Below, one piece after another: positions 15,835-25,375 of a stretch of 27,365 nucleotides of DNA; within the stretch, counting starts at the first letter, position 1, and every line of letters begins with the position of its first letter. Source of the DNA: an uncultured bacterium (GTDB lineage: Bacteria > Chlamydiota > Chlamydiia > Chlamydiales > SM23-39); contig CAZIML010000002.1 of assembly GCA_964540255.1 (NCBI GenBank), positions 1 through 27,365 of the forward strand, read 5' to 3'. A program made the translations under genes and the position numbers. The notes beneath the pieces are model-generated. The model did not search any database and had not been told where the DNA came from. It saw nothing but the letters and a program-made list of their open reading frames with translations.

Positions 15835-16006
15835 GAACCTATCCGAATAAAAAGTTTCAGTTGATTTTTCGGTTCTTTTGAACCAACTTTTCGGTTCAAG
15901 TCTTGGGGGGCAATATCGACAGCTGTATATAGCCTCCCAAGTTTGAATCCGAAAATTGGCCAAAATAATCCAAAAACTCGACGAAAAATTTTATTCGGAT
16001 AGGTTC
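15835..16006. repeat. 172-bp fold-back element with perfect 18-bp terminal inverted repeats (MITE-like element or structured ncRNA)
   Basis: GAACCTATCCGAATAAAA (15835-15852) is the exact reverse complement of TTTTATTCGGATAGGTTC (15989-16006). The interior also pairs as one long imperfect stem. Confidence 0.85.
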
Positions 16007-16049
16007 CTATGCTTTGCCGAAAAAATGATTGACTGTTAAACTCCATTTC

Positions 16050-16748
16050 ATGACCACAGCGACGAGTGAAAAAATAGTTTGCATGGAGGCCTCCTGGCTC
16101 GAAAGACTCGAGGAAGAATTCCATAAACCCTACATGAAACAGCTCGAGGCTTTTCTGAAAAGTGAAAGAGATGCTGAAGTCTACCCTCCCGTTGAACAAA
16201 TTTTTAACGCCTTCTGCTTCACCCCTTTCGATCAGGTCAAGGTAGTCATCATGGGACAAGATCCTTACCACGGGTCCGGACAGGCTCACGGATTGTCCTT
16301 CAGCGTCCCCAAAGGAGTGGCGGTCCCCCCTTCTTTGCAAAATATCTTCAAAGAGATCAAAAGCGATTTAGGGATAGAACCCCCTCCCCACGGCTCTTTG
16401 GTCGGATGGGCTAAACAAGGGGTGTTGCTCCTGAATGCGACGCTGACGGTGAGAGCCAATGAGCCGAAATCCCACTTCGGAAGAGGTTGGGAAACGTTCA
16501 CCGATCGAGTAGTGGAACTCTTGTGCGAAAAAAAAGAGGCGATCGTCTTCCTTTTGTGGGGCAAGTCGGCCTATGATAAGTTCGGACAGGTGGCAGAGAA
16601 AGCAAAACACCACTGGGTTCTCACCGCCCCCCACCCTTCCCCCTTCTCCGCTCATACAGGCTTTTTGGGGTGCCGCCACTTTTCTAAAACAAATGAGTTT
16701 TTGACGAAAATGGGCATAGCTCCGATCGATTGGAAGATCGATCCATGA
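16050..16748 (+). CDS. ung: Uracil-DNA glycosylase, family 1
   Basis: GQDPYH, GLSFSV, PPSLQNIFKE, QGVLLLNATLTV, FLLWGKSA and HPSPFS motifs. The start is uncertain (16029, 16050 or 16083). Confidence 0.97.
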   Translation: MTTATSEKIVCMEASWLERLEEEFHKPYMKQLEAFLKSERDAEVYPPVEQIFNAFCFTPFDQVKVVIMGQDPYHGSGQAHGLSFSVPKGVAVPPSLQNIFKEIKSDLGIEPPPHGSLVGWAKQGVLLLNATLTVRANEPKSHFGRGWETFTDRVVELLCEKKEAIVFLLWGKSAYDKFGQVAEKAKHHWVLTAPHPSPFSAHTGFLGCRHFSKTNEFLTKMGIAPIDWKIDP

Positions 16749-17974
16749 ATAGACGGCGAAGAAGATCGAGTCTCATCGCGGTCTTCTTCACTTTTCTAGT
16801 CGATAGTTTGAGCTGGTCAGTCGTTTTTCCGGTATTTGCTCCCTATTTCCTCGATCCGCAAAATGTTTTATTTTCACCCGATGTGAGTGCGAGCGTAAGA
16901 ACGACGATCTTGGGCGTTTTCTTGATGGCTTTTTCACTCGGGCAGTTTTTGGGAGCGCCGCTCATCGGCGATTATGCAGACAAGCATGGAAGAAAAAAGG
17001 CGCTGACTGTGAGCGTTTTTTTCACCTTTCTCGGCCTTGTTTTAAGCGCTTGGAGCATGGGGGGCAATCACCTCTTTTTTCTCTTCGTCGGAAGACTCAT
17101 GACCGGAATCTTCGCCGGAACTTCTTCCGTTTGCCTAAGCGCTGTCTCCGATTTAAGCGATAGCGAAGAAACAAAAGGAAAGAATTTCGGCTACATGGCG
17201 ATGATCGCAGGGATCGGATTCGTCTTCGGCGCATTTGTGGGGGGAAAATTAGCCGATCCAAGCTTTAGCTCCGAATTCTCCCCCGATCTCCCTCTTTGGC
17301 TTGCGGCGGCCCTCACCGTGATCAACTTCCTCATCGTTTTGTTCGGCTTTGAAGAAACTTCCTCGGTTCGCAAACAGGTCAAATATAACCTTTTCGAAGG
17401 GTTTAAAAACGTGAAAATCGCTTTGCGAAGCGAACGAGTCCAAGAAATCTATACCGTTTACTTTTTCTTCATCGTCGCTTGGGCCATTCTGTTTCAGTTT
17501 TTCCCCGTTTTAACGGTCCAAAATTTCGAATTCACAAGCTCAAATATCGGCGATTTGGCTCTTTTCATGGGAGCTTGCTGGGCGATCGGTGCCGGATATT
17601 TAAACAAAGTGCTGGTTGAACAATTCAACAGAAGCAAAATTCTCGATTTTTGCCTGATTGGATTTACGATTTTTTGCGGCTTGATCATCGTTCCCAAACA
17701 CATCTACGGAGTGCTTCCAATCCTCGGGTTGTGCGTGATTTTCGGCGCTGTTGCATGGCCCCTCTGTACACACTTGATCTCCAATAGCGCCCCCAAAGAA
17801 ATGCAGGGAAAAATTTTGGGCTTAAGCCAATCAGTGCAATCATTAGCGAGCGCAGTAGGACCGGTGTTAGGTGGCCTTGCCGTTCATGTCTCTATCCAAT
17901 TTACTTTCCTTCTCGCATCGACAATCAGCTTGATTGCAGGAATTTTCTACTATTTTGTCTTGAAACATCGGTAA
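16745..17974 (+). CDS. MFS transporter (DHA1/TetA-like drug:H+ antiporter)
   Basis: About 12 hydrophobic segments, motif A GDYADKHGRK, GRLMTGIFAG and GFVFGAFVGG. ATGA overlap with the ung stop. Confidence 0.9.
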   Translation: MNRRRRRSSLIAVFFTFLVDSLSWSVVFPVFAPYFLDPQNVLFSPDVSASVRTTILGVFLMAFSLGQFLGAPLIGDYADKHGRKKALTVSVFFTFLGLVLSAWSMGGNHLFFLFVGRLMTGIFAGTSSVCLSAVSDLSDSEETKGKNFGYMAMIAGIGFVFGAFVGGKLADPSFSSEFSPDLPLWLAAALTVINFLIVLFGFEETSSVRKQVKYNLFEGFKNVKIALRSERVQEIYTVYFFFIVAWAILFQFFPVLTVQNFEFTSSNIGDLALFMGACWAIGAGYLNKVLVEQFNRSKILDFCLIGFTIFCGLIIVPKHIYGVLPILGLCVIFGAVAWPLCTHLISNSAPKEMQGKILGLSQSVQSLASAVGPVLGGLAVHVSIQFTFLLASTISLIAGIFYYFVLKHR

Positions 17975-17995
17975 TCTTCCCTTAGACTCTGAATT

Positions 17996-18184
17996 ATGCG
18001 AAATTGGATCGAAGAGCTTTCAGAATATATGACTCATTTCGAAGAAGAGAATTCTCCTTTGGATGAATTATCGGTTGAAATCGATCAAGCAGCCACCGAT
18101 GCGGAAGCTCTCTTCGCTGCTTCAGACAAACTTCAATCGGCCTACGCAACACTGATAGGAAAAATAGATCATGGCAACTCTTGA
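17996..18184 (+). CDS. Small acidic helical hypothetical protein (62 aa)
   Basis: Fills the gap between the MFS and HlyD genes and overlaps the next start by 14 nt. Heptad-like acidic sequence. Confidence 0.55.
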   Translation: MRNWIEELSEYMTHFEEENSPLDELSVEIDQAATDAEALFAASDKLQSAYATLIGKIDHGNS

Positions 18185-19073
18185 GGAAAATCGGATCGTC
18201 ATTCAATTGCCTAAGCTTCGATGGCGTTCGCTCCTTGTCATTTTTTCCCTATTGCTGAGCGCCGGAGGCTTTGGGTTCTGGTACAAAACAATCCGCCCTT
18301 TTTTTTGGATCGAAACGGCTCACGTGGAAACATTTTGCACCCTTTTGAGCGCTGATATGGCGGGACGGATTGTTGAAATGGGGCCAGCAGAGGGAGATCT
18401 CGTTCGAAAAGGAGAAAAACTCTTTGTCCTTGATTCCGATCTTCTCCGATCGAAAAAAGGGGAAGGAGAACAGCTCATTCATTTTCTCCTCGACCAAATC
18501 GAACTCGATAAAGAACGGATCGAAAAAGCGATGGAAAGCTATATCGCTGCATCTTCCGAACTGGATTTAGGAATCGGTTCAGACGAACTGATCCAAAAGC
18601 CGCTCAAGATGATTGATGAAGCGCAAAATCAAGTCGCCGCAGCTGAAAAAAAAATCGAAGCTGCAAAAAGTGAACTTAGATCGATCGATTTGCAATTAAA
18701 AAAAATGAGTCTCGCTTCACCTTTCGACGGAGTCGTTCTTAAAAGAACAAAAAATCCGGGGGCTGTGGTTGGATTCAATGATCCAATCTATGTAATCAGC
18801 GACCCAAGCCGCGTCTGGATCGAGGCCGAAATTCCTGAGAACAAAATTGGACTGATCTCTTTGGGAACTTTGGCTCGGATTCGATTGCCCGCCTACCCAA
18901 ATCAAGAATTGGTCGGAAAGGTGAGCTATATCGGCCCCGCTACGGTTGCAAAAAGCGCACTCCTCCCTTTCTCTAAAGATCACGTAACAATCCCCATCAA
19001 AATTTCTGTTGAGGGGGCCTCTCTTCCTTTGAAGGGGGGGCTTTCGGCCAAAGTTGGACTCAAAGTTCACTAA
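18171..19073 (+). CDS. HlyD/EmrA-type efflux membrane-fusion (periplasmic adaptor) protein
   Basis: N-terminal TM helix, lipoyl half-motifs AGRIVEM...EGDLVRKGEKLF and LASPFDGVV, a central coiled coil, and VWIEAEIPE...G.VSYIGP. Confidence 0.9.
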   Translation: MATLEENRIVIQLPKLRWRSLLVIFSLLLSAGGFGFWYKTIRPFFWIETAHVETFCTLLSADMAGRIVEMGPAEGDLVRKGEKLFVLDSDLLRSKKGEGEQLIHFLLDQIELDKERIEKAMESYIAASSELDLGIGSDELIQKPLKMIDEAQNQVAAAEKKIEAAKSELRSIDLQLKKMSLASPFDGVVLKRTKNPGAVVGFNDPIYVISDPSRVWIEAEIPENKIGLISLGTLARIRLPAYPNQELVGKVSYIGPATVAKSALLPFSKDHVTIPIKISVEGASLPLKGGLSAKVGLKVH

Positions 19074-19090
19074 GAGCTACAATTCTCCTC

Positions 19091-20014
19091 ATGCAACTGC
19101 CTGAAGAACTTCAATCGGCGATCGATCAAATCGCCCACCATTCCCCCGCGCTCCGCAAAGCGAGAGAGGCGATGACGCAAGGATACAGAGAGGGGCGCTC
19201 TTCCCCGTTCTCCGACGAGGCGAGCCGGCTTGCTTACCTGGGAGCTCGGATGCCCGCTACCTATGCGGCCATCCACAAAGTGCTCCAAAACGCCCCTCCT
19301 ATCGAACATCTCCTCGATCTCGGAGCCGGCCCCGGAACCGCCTCCTGGGCCGCCGCCGATCTCTTTCCCTCTTTGAAACGGATCACCCTCGTTGAAATGA
19401 GCCGCGACGCGATTGCGTTAGGGCAAAAATTGGCTCAATCGTCACCTCACCTCTCGCTAAAGAATGGGGAATGGCTCCACCAATCGGCCTTGGATCCAAT
19501 CCCGAAGGCAGATGGCGCAATCCTCTCTTACCTGTTGAACGAGGTGAGCGAGCCTGAAAAAGTAGTCGAGCGGTGCTGGGAGGCGGTCTCTCTTTTGATC
19601 TTGATCGAACCAGGAACTCCTAAGGGGTTTCACTTAATCCGAAAACTGCGGACTCAATTGATCGGATTGGGAGCCCATCTGATCGCTCCCTGTCCCCATT
19701 CCTTCGCTTGCCCCATTCAAGGATCCGATTGGTGCCACTTTTCCGCTCGGGTTGAAAGAACTCGTCTCCACCGGCTCCTCAAAGAGGGGTCTTTAGGGTT
19801 TGAGGATGAGAAGTTTTCCTATTTGATCGCTTCAAAAACAGCAGGAGTTCCACCGATTGGGCGGATCGTCCGCCACCCGATCAAGTCGTCGGGTTTTGTT
19901 CGAATGAGGGTGTGCACCGATGAAGGAAGATTGGAAGAGAAAACGATCACTCGAAAAGAGAAAGAAAGGTACCGAATTGCAAGAGACGCTGAGTGGGGAG
20001 ATCGGTTCATGTAA
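19091..20014 (+). CDS. Rsm22/METTL17-family SAM-dependent methyltransferase
   Basis: AYLGARMPATYAA, LLDLGAGPGTA (motif I), IEPGTPKGF, APCPHSFACP...DWCHF and EDEKFSYL motifs. Confidence 0.9.
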   Translation: MQLPEELQSAIDQIAHHSPALRKAREAMTQGYREGRSSPFSDEASRLAYLGARMPATYAAIHKVLQNAPPIEHLLDLGAGPGTASWAAADLFPSLKRITLVEMSRDAIALGQKLAQSSPHLSLKNGEWLHQSALDPIPKADGAILSYLLNEVSEPEKVVERCWEAVSLLILIEPGTPKGFHLIRKLRTQLIGLGAHLIAPCPHSFACPIQGSDWCHFSARVERTRLHRLLKEGSLGFEDEKFSYLIASKTAGVPPIGRIVRHPIKSSGFVRMRVCTDEGRLEEKTITRKEKERYRIARDAEWGDRFM

Positions 20015-20027
20015 AGCGGCTTTACAT
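20009..20027 (+). terminator. Hairpin spanning the Rsm22 stop codon (possible terminator)
   Basis: ATGTAAAG-CGG-CTTTACAT, an 8-bp perfect stem. A T6 run follows about 5 nt later. Confidence 0.4.
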
Positions 20028-20113
20028 CTAAATTTTTTCCCTGATGTGGAGCGAATTCTTCAGAGAGATTTCTATCCGTAAAATGGGTATAATTGAGATA
20101 CGGAGAACTCTCT

Positions 20114-20473
20114 ATGCATAAAGAATTGATTGATCGGTTGCTAGCCAAAAGTCAAAAAGGTCAGATCAAAATCGATTTTGACCTGAAAAAAAAAGTTTTC
20201 CTCCTTTCAATCCCCATTTTTTCTTCGCGAACCTCTTTGCCCGAGAGTGTTTCTGCGTATGTAGAGGCGAGGAAAAACTCTAAGTTCAAGCCTCACGCCA
20301 CTTCATTTACATTGGGAGAAAAATCGGTTCATTTAGTCCAAGAAATCCCTTTCACTCTCGATTTTCAGGCAACGCTTCGCAAAGAAACCGATGCATTCTT
20401 GAAAATGTCGAAAAAATGTCAGCGGATGCTCACTGAGATCGCCGTCGAAGAAAAACTCTCACTAAAATTTTAG
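20114..20473 (+). CDS. Hypothetical protein (119 aa), weak resemblance to class I type III secretion chaperone folds
   Basis: RBS GGAGA before ATG 20114, and a perfect TATAAT at 20088-20093. The pattern is beta-strands followed by a C-terminal amphipathic helix. Confidence 0.65.
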   Translation: MHKELIDRLLAKSQKGQIKIDFDLKKKVFLLSIPIFSSRTSLPESVSAYVEARKNSKFKPHATSFTLGEKSVHLVQEIPFTLDFQATLRKETDAFLKMSKKCQRMLTEIAVEEKLSLKF

Positions 20474-20474
20474 A

Positions 20475-20502
20475 TTGACAGAATCTTAACTTCCCTTAAA
20501 AT
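20475..20502 (+). promoter_or_regulatory. Sigma70/sigma66-type promoter TTGACA-N16-TAAAAT
   Basis: Perfect -35 at 20475-20480 and a 5/6 -10 at 20497-20502, just upstream of RBS AGGTGA and ATG 20536. Confidence 0.7.
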
Positions 20503-20535
20503 CTCACCCAAAAAATCTTTAACTAGGTGATTGAG

Positions 20536-22212
20536 ATGGTTACTAGGGTGGGAACTGTACGTGATGGGAATGATGCTGTCCGCGATGAGACCGCATCCCC
20601 GGGACTTCGCTCAGAGGATTTAGAGGAGCGCAAGTCTCCTTTGTCGGAAGGAAGTGAGGATGGGGATGCAGGGCGATTTCATGTTGGAAATGATGATGAT
20701 TTTGAGTTTTCCCAACCGATCGGTTATCGAGAGCTGTCTGATGGGGAACGTCGCCCGGGTTGTTGGGAGCGGTATCGTTGGAGAATTGCCTCTCTTGCGG
20801 GAGCCTGCGCATCTGTTGTCTTCGCAGCATCGAATTGGGGACCGAAAGTAAGAACTCTAGGGAGCTTAGGGGTCGGATTTTTTGTGAACGGGGCCTTGAA
20901 TTCGGGGCCCATGAATCCACCTGAACGCCGAAAGGTGGCACAAAAGACTCAAACGGTATTCGGTCAATTTACCGAATTCGTTTTGTCTCAACTCTTTTAT
21001 AATGCGAGGCTCTGCCCAAGGGCGGTGATTCCGATTGTTGAAGAGGCGGCTATTCTCTCCATTGTGGGACTCGGAGGGGCGAATGTTCAAAACGTGGCCC
21101 AGTCATTGTGGATTGAAGGGCTGAACCGAGAAGAGTATCACGACTTAGAGGGGGTTCAGGGGGAGAGATTGGGCCGTCTCAGCCCCGATGCTAAGAACGT
21201 GAGCCGGTTAAAACGATGGGTCGGGAAGCTCCAGTCGGAGAAATTGAGCTGGATCGTCAAATCTGCAGTCTCAGGGGGGCTTCTCACTTTATCTCATGGG
21301 TTTTCAAAGGAATTAGATCATCCTGTCGTGGAGCAACTTGCGAATGCCTTGGCTCTTTTTTTCATCAGCCAAACGGCGGCTGAGCTTATTTTGACGGGAG
21401 TCAACTATGGAATCAAGACAACATCAAAGGATAAGGTAAAGCGATTTTGCAAAATGACCTACCATTCGATGTTTCGGCATACCAAGACAATGATGGCCAC
21501 TCTTCCTCTTTTTGCTTTTTTAGCCTACATCCCTTGGCGCACCAAACCTTCGGCAGATGAACGAAAGATGGATTTAATTTGGAATGCTTCTGTTCTTGGG
21601 ATTGTTTCCGGAATTGCCGATCGGTGTAAAATCGATCGGCTCAACCATTGTGCGGCAAGATCATTATCTGAATTGGAGAAAATTCAAAGCGGTCCCTATT
21701 GGAAATGGGGGGTTCCTATCTGTACTTCTGCCTCTATGATCGGATTCACCCTATGGCAGATCTATGCAGGGGTAGATCAAGGAGGGATTGAAGCTGGAGA
21801 TCGAGTTTCAAAGTACTCGATTATTGTGAATACGGTTGCTTTTGTTTCAACGATGGCCTTTTCAAAAGGGGTTGATTGGAATTGGGATATCGAAAAGACC
21901 AATTACTGGAAAGATAAAGCGATGCGGATCGTTACATTCGATTCGCGGGTATTCGGAGTGGATCCTTTTATTTTTTACTATCTCGTGACAAACAGCATCG
22001 AGATGGATAGCCGGTCTATGGAGAAGGATCAGATCGATTTCAATGCGATCCTTCAGATTCTAGCTTGGGGAGCGTTTGGATTCGCGTCAGCCCGAGAGGT
22101 CCATCGGACCTCTTCCGAGCGAGTGGGAGGGCGCCTTGTCAGATTCCCCGAGCTGCTCTTGGCCAATAGCGCAATGACCGCCTACCCCTACTGGGACGGG
22201 AGGCTAAGATGA
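20536..22212 (+). CDS. Hypothetical polytopic membrane protein with an acidic, disordered N-terminus
   Basis: Long open frame. The first ~75 aa are rich in D/E/S/G/R, followed by many hydrophobic segments. No family recognised. Confidence 0.8.
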   Translation: MVTRVGTVRDGNDAVRDETASPGLRSEDLEERKSPLSEGSEDGDAGRFHVGNDDDFEFSQPIGYRELSDGERRPGCWERYRWRIASLAGACASVVFAASNWGPKVRTLGSLGVGFFVNGALNSGPMNPPERRKVAQKTQTVFGQFTEFVLSQLFYNARLCPRAVIPIVEEAAILSIVGLGGANVQNVAQSLWIEGLNREEYHDLEGVQGERLGRLSPDAKNVSRLKRWVGKLQSEKLSWIVKSAVSGGLLTLSHGFSKELDHPVVEQLANALALFFISQTAAELILTGVNYGIKTTSKDKVKRFCKMTYHSMFRHTKTMMATLPLFAFLAYIPWRTKPSADERKMDLIWNASVLGIVSGIADRCKIDRLNHCAARSLSELEKIQSGPYWKWGVPICTSASMIGFTLWQIYAGVDQGGIEAGDRVSKYSIIVNTVAFVSTMAFSKGVDWNWDIEKTNYWKDKAMRIVTFDSRVFGVDPFIFYYLVTNSIEMDSRSMEKDQIDFNAILQILAWGAFGFASAREVHRTSSERVGGRLVRFPELLLANSAMTAYPYWDGRLR

Positions 22213-25200
22213 GTCAAGTCGTGGAGGTTCCACGCCGCCTCCTTCTCAATCAATACCGGGAAGAGGAAGATGTTCCAAAAAAGGATCGATTTGAATTCGC
22301 GATTCAACTTTTAGAAACATTTGGTTTGCAATTTGCCCGTTATCTTTCGGAGACAGGGAAGCCGAAACCGGTCTTCAAAAGTGTGAGCGATTCATTCGGA
22401 GAAATTCAACAACAGATCCAGAGGGGGCGATGGACTTATTTTGGGGATGAATTTCCTAAAACGGCCGCTCTCATTTTGAAATACAGGGTGGGAGGGGAGA
22501 GCGATGAGGCTTTTTTCTCAAGGTTGCGCACCAATTTGTGTAGAACCCTTCCTTTTCCTCAAGAAATTCTTTTTTGCCCGATCCCTGACCTTGACAACGA
22601 TGACGCGCTCCAAATTGTTAAGGAAATCGAAGCGACTCTTTCTCGCTCGTTAAGCCAGATTTTTCAAATACTCAATGGAGAAGATCCCCCTTTGCCGGAC
22701 GATTATGAGAGCGGAATGATCAAAGTCTACTACAGCGGAGTGTTCATTTCTGGGCGGAGGATCGTATACCTGTCTGAAGTAATCACCCTTTGGGCGGGTA
22801 TTGAGAGAGGCCAAAAAACTAAAAATCTAGAGCGGCTTCTTCAAAAAATTCCAAATCGAGATATGGTTCAAGATTTTCGGTCGAATGGAGAAAAAGGGGT
22901 TGTAGCAGTACAAAGTTCGTCCTTAACCCCACAAGGGTACTTGGCGAGAGCGTCGATTTACGCGATCGAAAATAATTTGAAATTCAAATTTCCATCCCGA
23001 ATCGCGGCCGATTTGGAGAGAACATTTTTAGGAAATGAATCGATCCGCGCCGATTGTTATATTACAGGCGATCCGATTCAGTTTTTTAAAGTGGATTTGA
23101 ATCGTTTGAGAGATCGCCCTTCTGTCCATTTGTTGAAATCGTTCCAGATCCTTCTATTTTTGATTCGAGAATATCGATTGCTACCTTCGCACCGCTCCTA
23201 TTTTTTTGCGATGATTCACTCAAGGGATTCGGAATGGGATGAAAACAGACTCCGAGGATTCTCGGAGCGGAATTGGGAGGCTCCAAATCAAGAATCAACG
23301 GGGATTGAGGGGTGGGCGGAGTATCTGTCTCTCCTCAAAACGATGGCTTATCAAGAGAAAACAACTCCTTCCTTGTTGTTCGACCCTTACTGTTGGCCCC
23401 TCTTTGTCGATCTTTGGTTTCATCCGAATCGACAAGCGATACTGACTCTATTTCGTCAACTTTTCGCGGAGGGCGCGGTCCCATTGAACCTTGAGACAAT
23501 CCGTACTTTTGTCCACCAAAATGGAGAGGTGTTGACGGATGCGAACATGGGGATGTTTTTAAATAGGTATTTGGCAGTATTACAAATATTGGAACACCCG
23601 AAATGCGGGGGGAACCTCTTCATTGATCCCCCGTTAGATATGGCAACTCAACAAGATGTTATTCCAAATGCCGAAGCAAGGACAATCCAATTTACGGAGG
23701 CGATGGACCGTTTCCGCCTAGAAAAAGATCGAGACTATGTCCGCGCGCTTAGAAAGCATATTTTCGATCCCTGTGATGGGATCCTTTACCTTTCGGAAGA
23801 TACCTGCGCCCTGGGGATCCGTTCGTCGCCGCACCTGCTTGTTTGGGAGGCTCTTTCGCTGCCTCGCGCAATCCTTCCTCGTCAGGGAGCAGTTGTTTCC
23901 AGTGCGAATCGAAGGATTGCGATTGGCCGGGTTTTAGAACTGAAAAATGCTTTTGGATTCGATGAGAGGCAAACATTCTTTCTCTACCTTGAGGCCCTCT
24001 GTCTTCAAGAAGCGGGACGATTGTCTCGATTCGATGAAATTTCTCGACCGATTCAGACCCTTTGCGGGGCTTCGTTTCCGATTAAAACAGCTGCAATCTA
24101 CCTCCTCCATCTTCATCAAATTGAGATTCCGCTAAGTTCGATTACCACATTGAAAGGGTGGCGAACGAATTGGTTTCGTTCCAGGGTTGCTTCAAGAAGT
24201 TCTATTGTTCCTAAATTGTCGAGAGAGACAAACCAAGAAGGGATTACAGAGTTCATCGATTCATTTCTTGGGGAAGAGGAATCTCTCCCGTTGCGTCAAG
24301 TGGAGGAAGACTCTTCCCTCCGTAAACATGATATTGAGAATTTAAGGATTGGAATGAACGCCTCATTGCTATCTGGATTCTATCCTCCTACGCAGCCGCT
24401 GACCGATTTCATGCACATCAGCGGGGTTGATTCCGTGTTGGGAATTGTTTGGCAGGGTGTTGAAACGGCGACACATGAGGGGCAGCTCAAAATGATCGTT
24501 CCGAACGGGGTTGTCGGTGTTTATCTAAATTGGAGCGTTGAAGGGGATGAACCGCTCCTTTTTTTCTCATTTGTCGACATGGCTCAAAAAATCGCGAAAT
24601 CTGAATATAGCCCTATCCGAGTTTCCATTCAAAATCTGCGGGAATCTGGCAAAGAACCGCTCTTTTATCGGTTTTTAGATCAGCTCTGTCGAATGGTGTT
24701 GGTCAAAGAGGAGCCAGATGTTGAACAAGAGGAAGGGGAACTTTTTTCCGCATTCAATGGAGTGGACTCATTGATTGAAAGCTATCGTGAGTCACTAGAA
24801 TTCGTAATCTCATCTGTGTTGGAGTTTGTCAAAAGAGTGAAAGTGCTTTACCGTTCTCATTTTTTGGACATCGTTGAATCTCAGGTTACCCCAGTTTCTT
24901 CAGAGCCAAGTCAGATCGCCCGATCGGGGGATCTTTTTTTCGTGGAGGGAGAAAGATCGCTTTTGCCCGAGACGCATCTTCGCTCCCAATCTCACCGAGA
25001 ATGGTATCTCCCTGATGTTCCGAGAGACTCGGTAGCTCGTTGCATGGCTCGGTTTTCGCAAGAGATGAAAAAATGGGAGCCGCTCAATCTATCCCTTCGG
25101 GTGAATAACGATGCGCCTGTCCAGCTCGATTTTCAAGTCCATTTTCTGGGGGAACGGGGGGGCAGCGAAGGGGCTCGGGTGATCTTGAGGGGAGCCAATA

Positions 25201-25328
25201 TCCAAATTCCTCTCATCTATCCTTCTACAGCCCTAGATCAAATAGGGCTCTTTAAAGAGTACCTCGATCTTCATATTCTCCTTCTAAAAAGCCGCTTTCA
25301 TCGAATGGGTTCTTTACAATTTTCCTAA
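22209..25328 (+). CDS. Large hypothetical protein (1039 aa)
   Basis: 3.1 kb open frame with an ATGA overlap with the upstream stop. No recognisable motif. Confidence 0.85.
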   Translation: MSQVVEVPRRLLLNQYREEEDVPKKDRFEFAIQLLETFGLQFARYLSETGKPKPVFKSVSDSFGEIQQQIQRGRWTYFGDEFPKTAALILKYRVGGESDEAFFSRLRTNLCRTLPFPQEILFCPIPDLDNDDALQIVKEIEATLSRSLSQIFQILNGEDPPLPDDYESGMIKVYYSGVFISGRRIVYLSEVITLWAGIERGQKTKNLERLLQKIPNRDMVQDFRSNGEKGVVAVQSSSLTPQGYLARASIYAIENNLKFKFPSRIAADLERTFLGNESIRADCYITGDPIQFFKVDLNRLRDRPSVHLLKSFQILLFLIREYRLLPSHRSYFFAMIHSRDSEWDENRLRGFSERNWEAPNQESTGIEGWAEYLSLLKTMAYQEKTTPSLLFDPYCWPLFVDLWFHPNRQAILTLFRQLFAEGAVPLNLETIRTFVHQNGEVLTDANMGMFLNRYLAVLQILEHPKCGGNLFIDPPLDMATQQDVIPNAEARTIQFTEAMDRFRLEKDRDYVRALRKHIFDPCDGILYLSEDTCALGIRSSPHLLVWEALSLPRAILPRQGAVVSSANRRIAIGRVLELKNAFGFDERQTFFLYLEALCLQEAGRLSRFDEISRPIQTLCGASFPIKTAAIYLLHLHQIEIPLSSITTLKGWRTNWFRSRVASRSSIVPKLSRETNQEGITEFIDSFLGEEESLPLRQVEEDSSLRKHDIENLRIGMNASLLSGFYPPTQPLTDFMHISGVDSVLGIVWQGVETATHEGQLKMIVPNGVVGVYLNWSVEGDEPLLFFSFVDMAQKIAKSEYSPIRVSIQNLRESGKEPLFYRFLDQLCRMVLVKEEPDVEQEEGELFSAFNGVDSLIESYRESLEFVISSVLEFVKRVKVLYRSHFLDIVESQVTPVSSEPSQIARSGDLFFVEGERSLLPETHLRSQSHREWYLPDVPRDSVARCMARFSQEMKKWEPLNLSLRVNNDAPVQLDFQVHFLGERGGSEGARVILRGANIQIPLIYPSTALDQIGLFKEYLDLHILLLKSRFHRMGSLQFS

Positions 25329-25375
25329 AAAATCTTAGGATCTTCCCCTCTTTGAACAACCACTATGGGGATACA

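Noticed and set aside
15835-16006. Calling the fold-back element 6S RNA, SRP RNA or a CRISPR repeat
   Set aside because: It has no large central bubble or promoter for 6S, no SRP GNRA-loop motif, and no repeat-spacer periodicity. It is left unnamed.
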